Under the pieces are notes generated by a model, which was not told where the DNA came from, ran no database searches, and saw only the letters and a program-made list of their open reading frames with translations. Of a DNA stretch of 23,142 nucleotides, positions 22,311 through 23,142 are shown in pieces. The number at the start of each line of letters is the position of its first letter. The first letter of the stretch is position 1. The stretch is from contig NW_021836656.1 of the NCBI RefSeq assembly GCF_006345805.1, positions 1-23,142 of the forward strand, given 5' to 3'. The position numbers were made by a program, and so were the translations under genes. Origin of the DNA: Octopus sinensis (taxonomy: Eukaryota).

Positions 22311-22464
22311 GTTTTGTTGAATTTCTGCTGCTTTTAAATAAAGTATATATATATATATATATATATGCATGCATGTATGTATGTATGCATCTAGATATAT
22401 ATATATATATATACACACACATACATACATATATATATATACATATATATATATACATATATAC

Positions 22465-22604
22465 GCATGGCTGTGTGATAGGAAGTTTGCTTCCGAACAA
22501 CATTCTTCCGAGTTCAGTTCCGCAGGTGCACTCCACTGCAACCAACAGTCGGACTAAGCCTTGCGAGTGGATTTGATGGACGGAAAATGAAAGAAGCCTG
22601 TCGT
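22465..22604 (+). mobile_element. Diverged 5' half of SINE family B, ending in a long (TA)n
   Basis: gcatggctgtgtg...gagttcagttcc...aagccttgcgagtggatttg...gacggaaaatgaaagaagcctgtcgt aligns to the head of 6663-7102. Confidence 0.7.
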
Positions 22605-22655
22605 GTATATATATATATATATATATACACACACATATATACACAATATATATAT

Positions 22656-22699
<44 letters not shown>

Positions 22700-22856
22700 T
22701 ATATATATAATAATATATATATATATTATATAATATATATATATAATATGTATTATATAAAGTTAAATAATGAGGGTAGAAATTAATATTAATTATTAAT
22801 AAAAATTTAAACCAGTGGCCTAGCATACTTAAAAAATCCGAAGATTAAAATATTTA

Positions 22857-22999
22857 TATTACATATATATATAAGAGGAATAACCACGAAGGTTGATTCC
22901 TAAAAAGCTAGAAGAATCGTGGTAAGGCGATTTAGCGTCTTCTTCTAGCATATAGGAATCCCCTTGGTGGACATTCCTCTCATATATGCATATGTAATA
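22857..22999. other. Imperfect ~140-bp inverted repeat (older hairpin or MITE-like element)
   Basis: Nested complementary blocks agaggaat/attcctct, ccac/gtgg, aagg/cctt, gattccta/taggaatc, gctagaagaa/ttcttctagc, central aatcg/cgatt. Confidence 0.8.
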
Positions 23000-23142
23000 A
23001 TATATATATATATATATAATATATATATATATAATATATATATATATGTTAATAAAATAGAATATATGCATATATATAAACATATATGTACGTACCTACC
23101 TCTACATGTACATATACACGCATATATGTGTACAGGACACCA

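Overview
Repeat-dense, AT-rich eukaryotic DNA, most likely from an octopus or other coleoid cephalopod (inferred from recognisable SINE families and microsatellite density). No host protein-coding exon can be supported, so the window is intergenic or intronic. The main feature is an apparently full-length ~5.85 kb L1/Tx1-clade non-LTR retrotransposon (11181-17033, +). It has a zinc-knuckle ORF1 and an APE-RT-CCHC ORF2, and both ends abut same-orientation (TATC)n microsatellite. ORF2 is broken only by five frameshifts, four of them in short base runs, with no premature stops. Around it lie three tRNA-derived SINE families (one forming ~185-bp head-to-tail arrays and sharing its 3' end with the LINE), two mariner/Tc1-superfamily transposase relics, a mariner-type MITE, Penelope-like relics, an RLE-type LINE fragment, a minimal type I hammerhead-ribozyme motif, two long hairpins and many microsatellites. 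Nearly all short ORFs in the track are microsatellite artefacts. Best candidate for an undescribed system: a TATC/GATA-targeting Tx1 LINE with a partner SINE that builds tandem arrays through an invariant palindromic junction.
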